A stretch of DNA of 41,896 bases from Gemmatimonadota bacterium (GCA_039588275.1 JBDHAC010000068.1:1-41896), one strand, 5' to 3'. Counted from the first letter of the stretch, positions 18,782 through 29,353 are shown. A program made the numbers and translations. Notes: generated from the letters alone by a model not told the origin.

Positions 18782-20103
18782 ATGCGCCCGCCCCGGTCAT
18801 CCGATACGTAGAGCGAGCCGTCAGGACCGACCGCGACACCGGCGGGCCGGTGCGCCGCACCACCGGGGCTCACATCCTCGCCGGCGAATCCATCCGCGAA
18901 CACGTCCCACTCGCCGGTGGGCTCGTTCCCGTCGAATTCGATGAACACCACGTTGTATCCGCCCTGCGGGAGAGGGGCCCGGTTCCACGAGCCGTGGAAC
19001 GCGATGAACGCCCCGCCGCGGTAGCGAGCCGGGAACTGCGACCCCGTGTAGAAGGCGAGACCGTTGGGAGCCCAGTGCGCGGGTAGCGCGACCGCGGGGT
19101 CCTTCATGTCGGCGCAGCGGCCGACCTCGGTGCCGTCCCCGCCGTACTCGGGCGCGAGCACCTTCACGTTGTGAATCGGGTCGTAGTAGCAATACGGCCA
19201 CCCGAAGTTGTCACCCTCCTGGATGTGGACGAACTCCTCGGCGGGCATCTCGGCCTGGTCCTCGGCCGTGAACAGCTCGTTCCACAGCTGGAAGAGACCA
19301 TCGCGTCCATGCTGTGCGCCCCACAACTCACCCGTCCCGGGCTGAATGGCGAGCGCGAAGGTGTTCCGGAGCCCGGTCGCGAAGCGCGAGCCGTCGGCCT
19401 GCGTTTGGCCCGGCCTCCGGGCGTCGAAGCGCCACGTACCGCCTCGGTTCTCGAGCTGCGGGCACGGGTCGTGACCCGGTGAGCCCGCCGTTCGGGACTC
19501 GACCTGACACGCGTTCGAGGGTCCTCCGAGGTTTATGTACACGTTCCCATCGGGATCGATGGCCGCCGACTTCGCGGCGTGTCCGGTGCCCGGCCCCGGC
19601 AGCCCCTCCACGATGCGCTCGCCGGGCCCGGATGGCGTCAGGCTGCCCTCGGACATCGGATAGCGGATGAGCCCGTCATCGGGAGCGAGGTACAGATAAC
19701 CCTCGAACAGGTTGATCCCGGTCCCGCCGATGTCGCCGAACGGCTCGACCACGTCGGCGCGGCCATCTCCATCCGAGTCACGCAGCGCGGTCACTCCGCC
19801 CCCGCCCCCGCCGCGGCTCGCGCGCCGGGCCACGAATACGTCTCCGTTCGGCGCGACGACCAGATTGCGCGTGGCCCCGAGATCGTCGGCGAAGACGAGC
19901 GCACAGAAACCATCCGGGACCGTGATCCCGGCGTTGTCCGCGTCGCACTCCGGCACCGCCTGAGGCAGGGTCATCGAGCCGGCGGCACCGACGCTGGCTT
20001 CCGCGTTCCGGACCATGGTGCGGCGCGTACACCCGGTCAGAGCGACGGTCGTCAACGCGAGTGCGGCCACCAGCGAGCGAGACGTGTGAATCGAGCGTGC
20101 CAT
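18754..20103 (-). CDS. Glucose/sorbosone dehydrogenase-family (PQQ-dependent-like) beta-propeller lipoprotein
   Basis: ATG at 20103 with GGAGG upstream; lipobox LTGC; FATGLRN, NFGWPYCY, AHWAPNGLAFY, AFHGSWNR, RPAGVAVGPDGSLYVSDD. Confidence 0.9.
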   Translation of the reverse strand: MARSIHTSRSLVAALALTTVALTGCTRRTMVRNAEASVGAAGSMTLPQAVPECDADNAGITVPDGFCALVFADDLGATRNLVVAPNGDVFVARRASRGGGGGGVTALRDSDGDGRADVVEPFGDIGGTGINLFEGYLYLAPDDGLIRYPMSEGSLTPSGPGERIVEGLPGPGTGHAAKSAAIDPDGNVYINLGGPSNACQVESRTAGSPGHDPCPQLENRGGTWRFDARRPGQTQADGSRFATGLRNTFALAIQPGTGELWGAQHGRDGLFQLWNELFTAEDQAEMPAEEFVHIQEGDNFGWPYCYYDPIHNVKVLAPEYGGDGTEVGRCADMKDPAVALPAHWAPNGLAFYTGSQFPARYRGGAFIAFHGSWNRAPLPQGGYNVVFIEFDGNEPTGEWDVFADGFAGEDVSPGGAAHRPAGVAVGPDGSLYVSDDRGGRIYRIVYTGG

Positions 20104-20337
20104 CGAAGGTCCTCCGACTGCGGGGGCGTCTCCCGGGCATACCGGGAATCCTCGGGAGTAACGAGCCACCAAGCTTCCGGTGTCGTGAGGCGCGCGTCAA
20201 GCGAAAGCCGCTCCCTCATGCGGCCTGTCGGAGCCGCGACGCGGCCTGTTAGAACGCGGGCTGCAGCGATATCGTGCCGAGCGGGACCCGGCCGGCCGCT
20301 CCGGCCGCTCACAAGAACCGACAGCCTCGGTGAAGAG

Positions 20338-23064
20338 ATGACGCGCCGAATCCACTCGCTCTCCAAGAGCCCGCTGAAATCGCTCGCGAAGAACTCCTTG
20401 ACGTCGCCGCTCGGAGCTCCGTTACGACCGCTGGTCCTCGGTTGCTCGATCGCCCTGGTTCTGGGAGCCGTGCCGCGAGCGACCGCCGCTCAGTCGGGTG
20501 CCGACCCGGCTTCGCGGACCGCACCTGCTCAGGAGGCGCTCACCGCCTCCAGCGAGGTCCCGACGCCCGCCTCGATCATCGGGTGGGAACCGGGCGCCGA
20601 TAACAAGCTCGCAGACTATGGACAGATCCGGAGCTACTTCGAAGCGCTCGACGCGGCGTCCGATCGGCTGACGCTCGAGATGATCGGCGAGACCGCCGAA
20701 GGGCGTCCGATGATGCTCGCGATTATCTCGAGCGAGGAGAACCTCCGGGAGTGGGAGCGCTATCGCGCGATCTCCGAGCGGTTGGCTCGCGGTCTGGTCG
20801 CGGACTCTGCCGAGGCGGTCGCCCTGGCGGCCGAAGGCAAGGTGATCGTGTGGGTGGACGGCGGGCTGCACGCCACGGAGGTGTCGGGATCCCAGTTTAC
20901 GTCGAAGCTCGCGCATCGGGTGGTCACCGAGGAGTCCGCCGAGATGCGGAAGATCCGCGAGGACGTGATCCTTCTCCTCATGCCGGTGATGAACCCCGAC
21001 GGGCTCGACATCGTGGCGAACTGGTACCGGCAACACCTGGACACGGAGTTCGCCAGCGCGCGGCTTCCGGTCCTGTACCAGAAGTACGTAGGACACGACA
21101 ACAACCGCGATTGGTTCATGATCCAGCAGCCGGAATCGAGGGCGATCGCGAACCAGCTGTGGCACGTGTGGTACCCGCAAATCGTGCTCAACCACCACCA
21201 GACGGCGCCGTTCCCGGCCCGCATCTTCATCCCGCCGTTCGCGGACCCCGTGAACCCGCACATCCCGCCCCTCGTGGTGACCGGCATCAACCTGATCGGA
21301 TCCACGATGCACCGCCGGTTCGCGGAGGAAGGGAAACCGGGCGCGGTCTCGCGCACCGGGTTCACGCAGTGGTGGAACGGGGGGATGCGCACGGCTCCCT
21401 ATTTCCACAACCAGGTGGGGCTGCTGACCGAGGTCGCGCACAACAGCGCCACGCCGCGAGAGTACGACCCCGCGACCTTCCCCAAGGAGTTCCGCAACGG
21501 GTGGTCCACCGAACGACCCAGCACCTGGTATCCGTATCCGTGGGAAGGCGGGTGGTGGCACCTGTACGATTCGGTCGACTATATGGTCACCGCATCGATG
21601 GCTACCGCCGACGTCGCCGCCGACCTGAAGGAGGAGTGGCTGTTCAACGCGTGGCGCATGGCGCGGCAGGCGATCGAGACGGGCGCCGAGGGAGGACCGT
21701 ACGCGTACACCGTCTCGCTGGACGAGCAGAACGATGCGAGCGAGGCGGTCGAGCTGCTCGAGATCCTGAGGCGCGGCGGTGTGGAGGTGCACCGCGCGGA
21801 TGCCGCGTTCGAAGCCGATGGCCGGCAGCACGGCGCGGGCACCTACGTGATCCTCGCCTCGCAATCGTTCCGGGCCTACGTGATGGACCTCATGGAGCCA
21901 CAGGAGTACCCGGATCGGCGCCTCTATCCGGGCGGCCCGCCCGCCCCGCCGTACGACATCTCCGGTTGGACGCTCCCGATGCAGATGGGGATCACCGTCC
22001 ATCGCATCGAGGAGCCGTTCATGGCGTCCCTGAGTCCGGTCGAGGGGATCGAGATCGACCCCGGCCGAGGCGGTCTTGTGGGAGAGGGGGACGTCGCGCT
22101 GCTGGCGCCGGGCGACAACGCGGGCCTGCGGCTGGTAAACCGGCTGCTCGCCGGCGATGGCGGTGGTGGAGTTCGGGTGAGCCGGGCGACGACGTCGTTC
22201 GAGACGGCCGGACGGACTTGGCCCGCGGGGACGTTCTCGATCCGCGGGCGCTCGACGGCCCTGGACGTGCTCGCACGCGAAGAGGGGGTCGAGCTGACAG
22301 CCGCGCCACGACCGGCATCGACGCTCGAGCTGCGACGTCCTCGCGTCGGGCTTTACAAAAGCTGGGTCGCCAACATGGATGAAGGCTGGACCCGCTGGGT
22401 GCTGGAGCAATACGGCTTCGCCTACGAGACGCTGACCGACGCCGACGTGCGCGGGGGGGATCTCGCTCGCCTGGATGCGATCATCCTCCCATCGCAGAGC
22501 CCGCGCTCGATTCTGCACGGACACGCTCCGGGGCGCATGCCACCCGAATACGTGGGTGGCATCGGACTCGAGGGAACGGTCGAGCTCAAGGCGTTCGTCG
22601 AGGGAGGCGGCACGCTGATCGCCTTCGACGCCGCGAGCGGGCTTGCGATCGATCAATTCGGACTGCCGCTCACGGACGTGACCGCGGGTGTCGACCGCAA
22701 TGCCTTGTTCATTCCCGGGAGCCTCGTCCGGCTCGATGTCGACACCGCAGACCCGCTCGCGAGCGGGATGGTGGAGGAGGCAGCCGCGTTCTTCAGCCGC
22801 AGCCGCGCTTTTTCGGTGGACTCGGGTGCCGAGGAGTCCGGGGTCGTCGATGTCGTGGCACGCTATTCAGAGGAGGATCTCTTGATGAGCGGGTGGGAGA
22901 TCGGGGCCCAGCGCTACCTGGCGGAGCGGCCGGCCGTGGTCAAGGTGGCGCTAGGAGACGGTCAGATCGTGCTGTTCGGTTTTCGTCCCCAGTTCCGCGG
23001 TCAGCCGCGGGCCACCTTCAAGCTGATCTTCAACGGTCTGTTCGAGGCCACGGCGGAGGAATAG
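20338..23064 (+). CDS. Secreted M14-family zinc carboxypeptidase with a C-terminal class I glutamine amidotransferase-like domain
   Basis: Signal peptide ending ATAAQ; Zn motif GLHATE, NPDG, GHDNNRD, HHQ; PYDISGWTLP; C-terminal DEGWTRWVLEQY...FVEGGGTLI...FGFRPQFR. ATG at 20338 chosen because the ORF from 19579 overlaps the minus-strand gene. Confidence 0.9.
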   Translation: MTRRIHSLSKSPLKSLAKNSLTSPLGAPLRPLVLGCSIALVLGAVPRATAAQSGADPASRTAPAQEALTASSEVPTPASIIGWEPGADNKLADYGQIRSYFEALDAASDRLTLEMIGETAEGRPMMLAIISSEENLREWERYRAISERLARGLVADSAEAVALAAEGKVIVWVDGGLHATEVSGSQFTSKLAHRVVTEESAEMRKIREDVILLLMPVMNPDGLDIVANWYRQHLDTEFASARLPVLYQKYVGHDNNRDWFMIQQPESRAIANQLWHVWYPQIVLNHHQTAPFPARIFIPPFADPVNPHIPPLVVTGINLIGSTMHRRFAEEGKPGAVSRTGFTQWWNGGMRTAPYFHNQVGLLTEVAHNSATPREYDPATFPKEFRNGWSTERPSTWYPYPWEGGWWHLYDSVDYMVTASMATADVAADLKEEWLFNAWRMARQAIETGAEGGPYAYTVSLDEQNDASEAVELLEILRRGGVEVHRADAAFEADGRQHGAGTYVILASQSFRAYVMDLMEPQEYPDRRLYPGGPPAPPYDISGWTLPMQMGITVHRIEEPFMASLSPVEGIEIDPGRGGLVGEGDVALLAPGDNAGLRLVNRLLAGDGGGGVRVSRATTSFETAGRTWPAGTFSIRGRSTALDVLAREEGVELTAAPRPASTLELRRPRVGLYKSWVANMDEGWTRWVLEQYGFAYETLTDADVRGGDLARLDAIILPSQSPRSILHGHAPGRMPPEYVGGIGLEGTVELKAFVEGGGTLIAFDAASGLAIDQFGLPLTDVTAGVDRNALFIPGSLVRLDVDTADPLASGMVEEAAAFFSRSRAFSVDSGAEESGVVDVVARYSEEDLLMSGWEIGAQRYLAERPAVVKVALGDGQIVLFGFRPQFRGQPRATFKLIFNGLFEATAEE

Positions 23065-23067
23065 GCC

Positions 23068-24135
23068 ATGAGCTTGGATCGGATTCTGTGGGGCAACGCG
23101 CTCAGCGCCTGGCTGCTGGCGATCGGTGTTCTCGTGCTCACGATGCTGACCCTGTGGGTCCTCGAGCGCTTCGCGCTGCGGCGCTTCGACACCTTCGCTC
23201 GCTCCACCCAAACCGACATCGACGACCTCTTCTCGGCGGTGCTGGCGCGCACCAAGCTCGTGCTCCTGTTCGTGGTTGCCGCCTTCATTGCGTCGTTGAA
23301 CCTCTCACTTCCGGGGCAGATCCCTCTCATCCTGCGGCGTGCGGCCGCTATCGCCGTCGTGCTACAGGGCGGGGTGTGGGCCAGCGCCGCGATCACGTTC
23401 TGGGTCGATCGCTTCCGGGAACGGACGCTCGAACAGGATGCCGGCGCCGTCACCACTGTGAGCGCCCTCTCCTTCGGGGGACGCCTGGTAGTGTGGGCGG
23501 TCGTGCTCCTCCTCGTTCTGGACAACCTCGGGGTCGAGGTGACCACCCTCCTCACCACTCTCGGCATAGGCGGCATTGCGGTCGCGCTGGCGGTCCAGAA
23601 CATCCTCGGAGATCTATTCGCCTCGCTGTCGATCGTGCTGGACAAACCGTTCGTGATCGGGGACTTCCTCACGGTGGGCGAGTACAAGGGCTCCGTCGAG
23701 CACATCGGGCTCAAGACGACGCGTCTGAGGAGCCTCAGCGGCGAGCAACTGGTGATCTCCAACGGAGATCTGCTCCAGAGCCGCATCCGGAATCTGGGCC
23801 GGATGGGCGATCGGCGCGCGGCCTTCACGACCGGCGTGACGTACGACACGCCGCGCGAGGTCCTGGCTCGAATTCCCGGGATGCTGGGGAAGATCGTCGA
23901 GGGGCAGGAGCATACGCGCCTCGACCGGTCGCACCTCACCGAGTTCGGCGACTACGCCATTCTGTTCGAAACGGTGTACTACGTGACGGTCCCCGATTAC
24001 GTCGTGTATCGCGACATTCAACAGGCGATAAACCTGGAGATTCACCGTAGATTCGAAGGCGATGGGATCGAGTTCGCCTACCCGACGCAGGTAGTCTATA
24101 CCGGCCCGCTCGCCCCGGGCCGCGAGCAGTCATAG
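23068..24135 (+). CDS. Small-conductance mechanosensitive channel (MscS family)
   Basis: LGIGGIAVALAVQNILGDLFAS, DKPFVIGD, GSVEHIGLKTTRLRSLSGE, GIEFAYPTQ. Confidence 0.94.
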   Translation: MSLDRILWGNALSAWLLAIGVLVLTMLTLWVLERFALRRFDTFARSTQTDIDDLFSAVLARTKLVLLFVVAAFIASLNLSLPGQIPLILRRAAAIAVVLQGGVWASAAITFWVDRFRERTLEQDAGAVTTVSALSFGGRLVVWAVVLLLVLDNLGVEVTTLLTTLGIGGIAVALAVQNILGDLFASLSIVLDKPFVIGDFLTVGEYKGSVEHIGLKTTRLRSLSGEQLVISNGDLLQSRIRNLGRMGDRRAAFTTGVTYDTPREVLARIPGMLGKIVEGQEHTRLDRSHLTEFGDYAILFETVYYVTVPDYVVYRDIQQAINLEIHRRFEGDGIEFAYPTQVVYTGPLAPGREQS

Positions 24136-24143
24136 AAAGGAGG

Positions 24144-24731
24144 GTGAGCACCATGGTGGGCTGTTCGGATCGCAGAATAGCGAACGCCCTGGGAGGCATC
24201 TTCATCTCGACGCTCCTCGCGCTGCCGGCCGGCACGCTGGCCCAGGAGCCGGATGACCCGGCGCCCGAGGCGCAGATCGAGGATCCCGAGCTGCGAGGGC
24301 TCCACGCCCAGATGCTGGGTCTGCACGAGCAGATGCAGGATCTGCGCGCCCAGATGGCGGAGCGCCGGCGGCAACTGCTGGGTGAAGATGCGGCCCAGGC
24401 GCCTCCACATGAGGGCCGCCACGCGATGCACCTGAGGCGCCTCGCCGGAGGCCGCGACATGGGCATGGGCATGCAGGGGATGATGGGCCGCGGCATGATG
24501 ATGGGAAGCACCATGTCGGGTCAGGAGATGATGGGTCGGCGGATGACCGGTGAAGAGATGAGCGGTCGGGACATGATGAGACGCGGCATCAGGGGTCGCG
24601 CCGCCGGGGAGGGGCCGGATCCTCGTTGGTGCCCCAGCGGGATGGAACGTGGCATGTGTCGCGGGATGCCCCGACACGGTGCCGCGGGACCGGTGGAGCC
24701 GGAGGGGGAAGGTGGTGAGGCAGGCGGCTAG
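24144..24731 (+). CDS. Secreted Met/Gly-rich protein with an N-terminal coiled coil
   Basis: SD AAAGGAGG before GTG 24144 (ATG 24153 is an alternative); signal peptide ending TLAQ; coiled segment LHAQMLGLHEQMQDLRAQM; Met-rich tract. Confidence 0.7.
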   Translation: MSTMVGCSDRRIANALGGIFISTLLALPAGTLAQEPDDPAPEAQIEDPELRGLHAQMLGLHEQMQDLRAQMAERRRQLLGEDAAQAPPHEGRHAMHLRRLAGGRDMGMGMQGMMGRGMMMGSTMSGQEMMGRRMTGEEMSGRDMMRRGIRGRAAGEGPDPRWCPSGMERGMCRGMPRHGAAGPVEPEGEGGEAGG

Positions 24732-24772
24732 CCGTGATGACCGGGGGGACGCCATTGGCGGCCCCCTTGTCG

Positions 24773-24801
24773 TTGACACATCCTTCCGGCAACCCTATCC
24801 T
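24773..24801 (+). promoter_or_regulatory. Sigma70-type promoter for prs-rplY-pth
   Basis: TTGACA (24773-24778), 17 nt, TATCCT (24796-24801). Confidence 0.75.
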
Positions 24802-24899
24802 ACGCGGCTCTTAAAATCCCCGGTGCGGTGCGGGTTCCGCGCGCCGGTGGACGACGGGTTCGGGACCGAAGCACCCCCCTATACAGGCGAATTGAAGCA

Positions 24900-25865
24900 G
24901 TGACCACCGCGGATCTCACGGCCAGCCAGAGCCCGCTCATGTTGCTCTCCGGTACGGCGAACCGGGCCCTCGCCGAGGGCATAGCGGATCATCTGGGGCA
25001 ACAGCTGTGCGACGTTACGATCAAGCGCTTCGCCGACGGGGAGATCTTCGTGCGGATCGATGAGAACGTGCGCGGCCGGGACGTGTACCTCATCCAACCC
25101 ACGAACCCGCCGGCCGAGAACATCCTCGAGCTGTTGATCCTGATCGACGCCGCCAAGCGGGCGTCCGCCGCCCGGGTCACCGCGGTCATCCCGTACTTCG
25201 GATACGGCCGAGCCGACCGGAAGGACCAGCCGCGAGTCTCGATCGGCGCCAAGCTGATGGCGAACCTCATCACGGCGGCGGGAGCCGAGCGTGTGCTGTC
25301 GATCGACTTTCACCAGCACCAGCTCCAGGGGTTCTTCGACATTCCGGTGGACCACCTGTACGCGGCACCGGTTTTCCGCCGCTACTACGAGCGGAAAGGG
25401 CTGGACAATCTGGTCGTGGTCGCGACGGATGTCGGCGCCGCGAAGATGGCGCGAGGATACGCGAAACGGTTGAGCGGGGACCTCGCGGTGGTGGACAAGC
25501 GCCGTCCGGGTCCGAACGTCGCCGAGGTGGTGAACATCGTCGGTGAGGTCGAAGGGAAGGTCTGTTTGATCCCCGACGACATGATCGATACGGCCGGTAC
25601 CATGTGCACGACGGTCGATGTGCTTCGCGAGAAGGGCGCGAAGGAGATCCACATCGTGGCGACTCACGCCCTCCTCTCCGGCCCGGCCGTCGACCGGCTG
25701 GAGCAGGCGAACGTGAAGGAGATCACGGTCACGGACACGGTCCCGATCCCGCAGGAGAAGCAGGACCAGCTCAGCAACCTGAGGGTGCTGTCGGTTGCGA
25801 GCCTGCTCGCGGAGGCGATCCACAGCACGCACACGAACAGCTCGGTCAGCAGGCTGTTCGGTTGA
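24900..25865 (+). CDS. prs: Ribose-phosphate pyrophosphokinase
   Basis: FADGEIFVRIDENVRG, VIPYFGYGRADRK, QGFFDIPVDHL, DKRR, DDMIDTAGT. GTG start at 24900. Confidence 0.97.
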   Translation: MTTADLTASQSPLMLLSGTANRALAEGIADHLGQQLCDVTIKRFADGEIFVRIDENVRGRDVYLIQPTNPPAENILELLILIDAAKRASAARVTAVIPYFGYGRADRKDQPRVSIGAKLMANLITAAGAERVLSIDFHQHQLQGFFDIPVDHLYAAPVFRRYYERKGLDNLVVVATDVGAAKMARGYAKRLSGDLAVVDKRRPGPNVAEVVNIVGEVEGKVCLIPDDMIDTAGTMCTTVDVLREKGAKEIHIVATHALLSGPAVDRLEQANVKEITVTDTVPIPQEKQDQLSNLRVLSVASLLAEAIHSTHTNSSVSRLFG

Positions 25866-25920
25866 GCCGAGAAACGAGCCGTGCGCCGAAGCGCGCCCGG
25901 AGCAGAGGCGAGAGATAGAC

Positions 25921-26610
25921 ATGACGACGGAACAGGTCACACTTAGCGCGGCGGCGAGGTCCGACACGGGGAAGGGCGCGGCCCGCCGACTCCGCCGCGA
26001 AGGGCTCATCCCGGCCGTAGTGTACGGCCATGGAGAGGAATCCACTCACCTTTCGCTGAACGCGGACGAGGTGGAGCACCTCCTGGGGCGCATCAGCGCC
26101 GGCACGACCGTGATCGGGTTGGAGGTGGGGAACAAGAAGGCGCGGAACGTGCTCATTCGTGAGGTCCAGCGTCACCCCTTCAGGCCCATCATCCTGCACA
26201 TCGACTTCTTCCAGATCCGCGAGGACGAGAAGATCCGAGTCGCGATCCCGGTCCATCTCGAAGGCATGGCGGAGGGCGTCGAAGCTGGTGGGATCCTTCA
26301 GCAGATCCGGCACGAGATCCAGGTCGAGTGTCTCCCCGGCGACATTCCGGAGGGCTTCCACATCGACGTGACCGCGCTCGTGGTCGGCGACTCGCTCCAC
26401 ATCGGCGACCTCGATTCCGGCGGCGTGGCGGTCCTCGAAGACCCCGACCTCACGGTGTGCACGGTAGTACCGCCGACCGTCATGAAGGTCGAGGAGGAAG
26501 AGGAGGTCGAGGAGGAGGAGTTGGAGGCCGTCGAGGCCGAAGCCGAGGAGGAAGGCGAGCCTGCGGTCGAAGCCCGCGCGGAGGACGAGAGCGGGGCTTC
26601 CAAGGGGTAG
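25921..26610 (+). CDS. rplY: 50S ribosomal protein L25/Ctc with an acidic tail
   Basis: GKGAARRLRREGLIPAVVYG, EVQRHP, LHIDF, beta-domain GVEAGGIL...CLPGDIP. Confidence 0.96.
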   Translation: MTTEQVTLSAAARSDTGKGAARRLRREGLIPAVVYGHGEESTHLSLNADEVEHLLGRISAGTTVIGLEVGNKKARNVLIREVQRHPFRPIILHIDFFQIREDEKIRVAIPVHLEGMAEGVEAGGILQQIRHEIQVECLPGDIPEGFHIDVTALVVGDSLHIGDLDSGGVAVLEDPDLTVCTVVPPTVMKVEEEEEVEEEELEAVEAEAEEEGEPAVEARAEDESGASKG

Positions 26611-26688
26611 CGGCTCACCGACGCCCCGCCCGTGAACGAGCGGCTCGCGGTCGCAGCCCGCTGGAGTCCCGGAGCGGCCCGCTAATCC

Positions 26689-27252
26689 GTGAAGGCGATC
26701 CTGGCGCTCGGGAATCCGGGGATCCGCTACATCGACTCGCGGCATAACGTGGGTTGGTGGTTGGCGGACCGACTGATTCGTGCGTGGGGGTTCGACGGTC
26801 TCGTCGCTGCGGACCGCTCGGCATGGACGGGCGGAACGATAGGAGGCGAGTCGGTCGAGATCCACAAACCGCTCACCTACATGAACCTCAGCGGCGAAGC
26901 GGTCACGGCGATCCGCGCCGGACGCGAGCTCGACCCTCGCACCGGGTTGTTGGTTCTGGTGGACGACGTGTGGCTGTCCGCGGGGCGCATCAGGATCCGC
27001 CCGCGCGGCTCCGCCGGAGGTCACAACGGCCTCGCGTCGGTGGAGCAGGCGCTCGGCAGTGACGAGTACGCGCGGCTGCGGATCGGGGTCGGACGGCCGC
27101 ACGATGAGCGCATCGACCTCGCCGCGTGGGTGCTGGCTCCCATGCCGCGGATGGAGGAGGAGGCCGTGGTGGCCGCCTTCCCGAGGGCGGTGGAAGCCGT
27201 CGAGTGCTGGCTGCGGGACGGGATCCAGGCGGCGATGAACCGCTTCAACTAG
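26689..27252 (+). CDS. pth: Peptidyl-tRNA hydrolase
   Basis: LGNPG..Y..SRHNVG, KPLTYMNLSG, GSAGGHNG, RLRIGVG, AMNRFN. Confidence 0.96.
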   Translation: MKAILALGNPGIRYIDSRHNVGWWLADRLIRAWGFDGLVAADRSAWTGGTIGGESVEIHKPLTYMNLSGEAVTAIRAGRELDPRTGLLVLVDDVWLSAGRIRIRPRGSAGGHNGLASVEQALGSDEYARLRIGVGRPHDERIDLAAWVLAPMPRMEEEAVVAAFPRAVEAVECWLRDGIQAAMNRFN

Positions 27253-27292
27253 AGGGTGGTGCGAGTCCAAGACAGACAGGAGACGAGTCTAA

Positions 27293-29353
27293 GTGGAGCA
27301 ATACGCGGATTGGGCGCTATGGCTGGGCGTGATCGGGCTGTTCTTCGCGTTCGGGCTGTATATGTATGTGAAGAGCCAGCCGGCGGGGACGGACGTGATG
27401 CGCGAGCTCGCGGACGCGATCCACGCCGGGGCGATGGCTTTTCTGAAGCGCGAGTACACGATCCTGCTGCCGTTCGTCGCGGCGGTGGCGATCACCCTGT
27501 ACCTGCTGATCGGCGGTCGGACGGCGGCCGCGTACGTGTTCGGCGCTTTCTGTTCGATTCTCGCGGGCCTGTTCGGGATGCAGGCGGCCACCAAGGCGAA
27601 CGTGCGCACGTCCGAAGCGGCTCGCGAGTCGGGTCAGGCGAAGGCGCTGCGCGTGGCTTTCAGCGGTGGGGCCGTGATGGGAGTCGCGGTCGCCAGCCTC
27701 GGACTCCTGGGGATCGGGGCCGTCTACCTTCTCTTCCAACCGGAGACGGTGGGCTTTCGTCCCTTCGGTGAGATCATCAGCGGCTTCGCGATGGGCGCAT
27801 CGTCCATCGCGCTGTTCGCCCGTGTGGGTGGTGGGATCTACACGAAGGCGGCGGATGTGGGCGCGGACCTGGTCGGGAAGGTCGAGGCCGGCATCCCGGA
27901 GGACGACCCGCGCAACCCCGCGACGATCGCCGACAACGTGGGCGACAACGTGGGTGATGTGGCCGGTATGGGCGCTGACATCTTCGAGTCGTACGTCGGT
28001 TCCGTGATCGCGACGATCGTGATCGGCGTCACGAGCCCGCTGATCCTGCAGACCGCGAGGCTCGAAGCGATCGCGCTCCCGATCCTCTACATCATGGCCG
28101 GGTTCCTGGCGAGCGCAGTTGGTGTGCTCGCGATCCGCGTCCTCGAGCGCATGAACCCCGCGACCGCGCTCCGGACCGCCCCGATCCTCTCGGCGGTGAT
28201 CTTCTGGATCCTGGCGTACATCGTGACCACGAGCCTGCCCGTGTTCCCGCGCGACGCGGGAATGTGGACGCTTCTCCACCCCGACGCCGGGCCGTTCTGG
28301 GCGATGGTGTTCGGGTCGCTCGTCGGGATCTTCATCGGGTTCTCGACCGAGTATTACACCGCGGCCAAGCCGATCCGGAAGATCGCGGAGGCCTCCGAGA
28401 CGGGGTCGGCCACCAACATCATCACGGGCCTGGCCATCGGGATGGAGTCCACCGCGATCCCGGTGCTCCTCATCTCGGGGGCGATCTTTCTAGCATTCAA
28501 GTTCTCCGGCCTGTACGGGATCGGGATCTCCGCCGTCGGCATGCTCGCTACCGTGGGCGTGACGATGTCCGTGGATGCGTACGGCCCCGTGGCCGACAAC
28601 GCCGGCGGCATCAGCGAGATGAGCGGGTTGGGACCGGAGGTGCGCTCGGTGACGGACAGCCTGGACGCGCTCGGCAACACGACCGCCGCCATGGGGAAGG
28701 GATTCGCGATCGGATCGGCCGCGCTGACGGCTCTCGCGCTGTTCTCCGCGTATGCGAACGCGGTGGGCCTGCGAGCCTCGGGCATCAACCTGATCGACCC
28801 CCTGGTGGTGATCGGTCTGTTCATCGGTGGCGTCACCCCCTACTTCATCGCCGCGCTCACCATGACCGCGGTGGGGCGGGCGGCCGCCGGCATGGTCGCG
28901 GAGGTGCGCCGTCAGTTCCGCGAGATCCCGGGTCTGATGGAGGGGACCGCGAAGCCGGACTCCGCCCGCTGTGTCGACATCTCCACCCGTGCGGCGCTCA
29001 GGGAGATGATCTTGCCCGGTGTGGTCGCGATCCTCGTCCCGATCATCGTGGGTCGCTTTCTCGGGGTCGAGGCGCTGGGCGGCGTGCTCGCCGGCGCGAC
29101 GGTCAGCGGCGTGCTGCTCGCCCTCTTCATGGCGAACGCCGGCGGCGCGTGGGACAACGCCAAGAAGTACATCGAAGGCGGCGCGCACGGCGGGAAGGGC
29201 TCCGATCCGCACAAGGCGGCGGTCGTGGGCGACACGGTGGGGGATCCCTTCAAGGATACGTCGGGGCCCTCGATGAACATCGTGATCAAGCTCATGAGCA
29301 TCGTGTCCCTCGTGCTCGCGCCGTGGTTCGCCAGGGTGCACGGGCTCCTGTAG
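27293..29353 (+). CDS. hppA: Membrane-bound ion-translocating pyrophosphatase (K+-dependent type, probably Na+-pumping)
   Basis: [85 protein letters not shown]. Confidence 0.96.
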   Translation: MEQYADWALWLGVIGLFFAFGLYMYVKSQPAGTDVMRELADAIHAGAMAFLKREYTILLPFVAAVAITLYLLIGGRTAAAYVFGAFCSILAGLFGMQAATKANVRTSEAARESGQAKALRVAFSGGAVMGVAVASLGLLGIGAVYLLFQPETVGFRPFGEIISGFAMGASSIALFARVGGGIYTKAADVGADLVGKVEAGIPEDDPRNPATIADNVGDNVGDVAGMGADIFESYVGSVIATIVIGVTSPLILQTARLEAIALPILYIMAGFLASAVGVLAIRVLERMNPATALRTAPILSAVIFWILAYIVTTSLPVFPRDAGMWTLLHPDAGPFWAMVFGSLVGIFIGFSTEYYTAAKPIRKIAEASETGSATNIITGLAIGMESTAIPVLLISGAIFLAFKFSGLYGIGISAVGMLATVGVTMSVDAYGPVADNAGGISEMSGLGPEVRSVTDSLDALGNTTAAMGKGFAIGSAALTALALFSAYANAVGLRASGINLIDPLVVIGLFIGGVTPYFIAALTMTAVGRAAAGMVAEVRRQFREIPGLMEGTAKPDSARCVDISTRAALREMILPGVVAILVPIIVGRFLGVEALGGVLAGATVSGVLLALFMANAGGAWDNAKKYIEGGAHGGKGSDPHKAAVVGDTVGDPFKDTSGPSMNIVIKLMSIVSLVLAPWFARVHGLL

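Noticed and set aside
19579..20337. Long N-terminal extension of the M14 peptidase ORF
   Set aside because: It overlaps the minus-strand dehydrogenase gene. The signal peptide begins after ATG 20338.
24732..24899. attR-like copy of the tRNA-Gln 3' end or a tRNA remnant before prs
   Set aside because: Only a short GGTTCG resemblance. There is no match to 12140-12165 and no cloverleaf.
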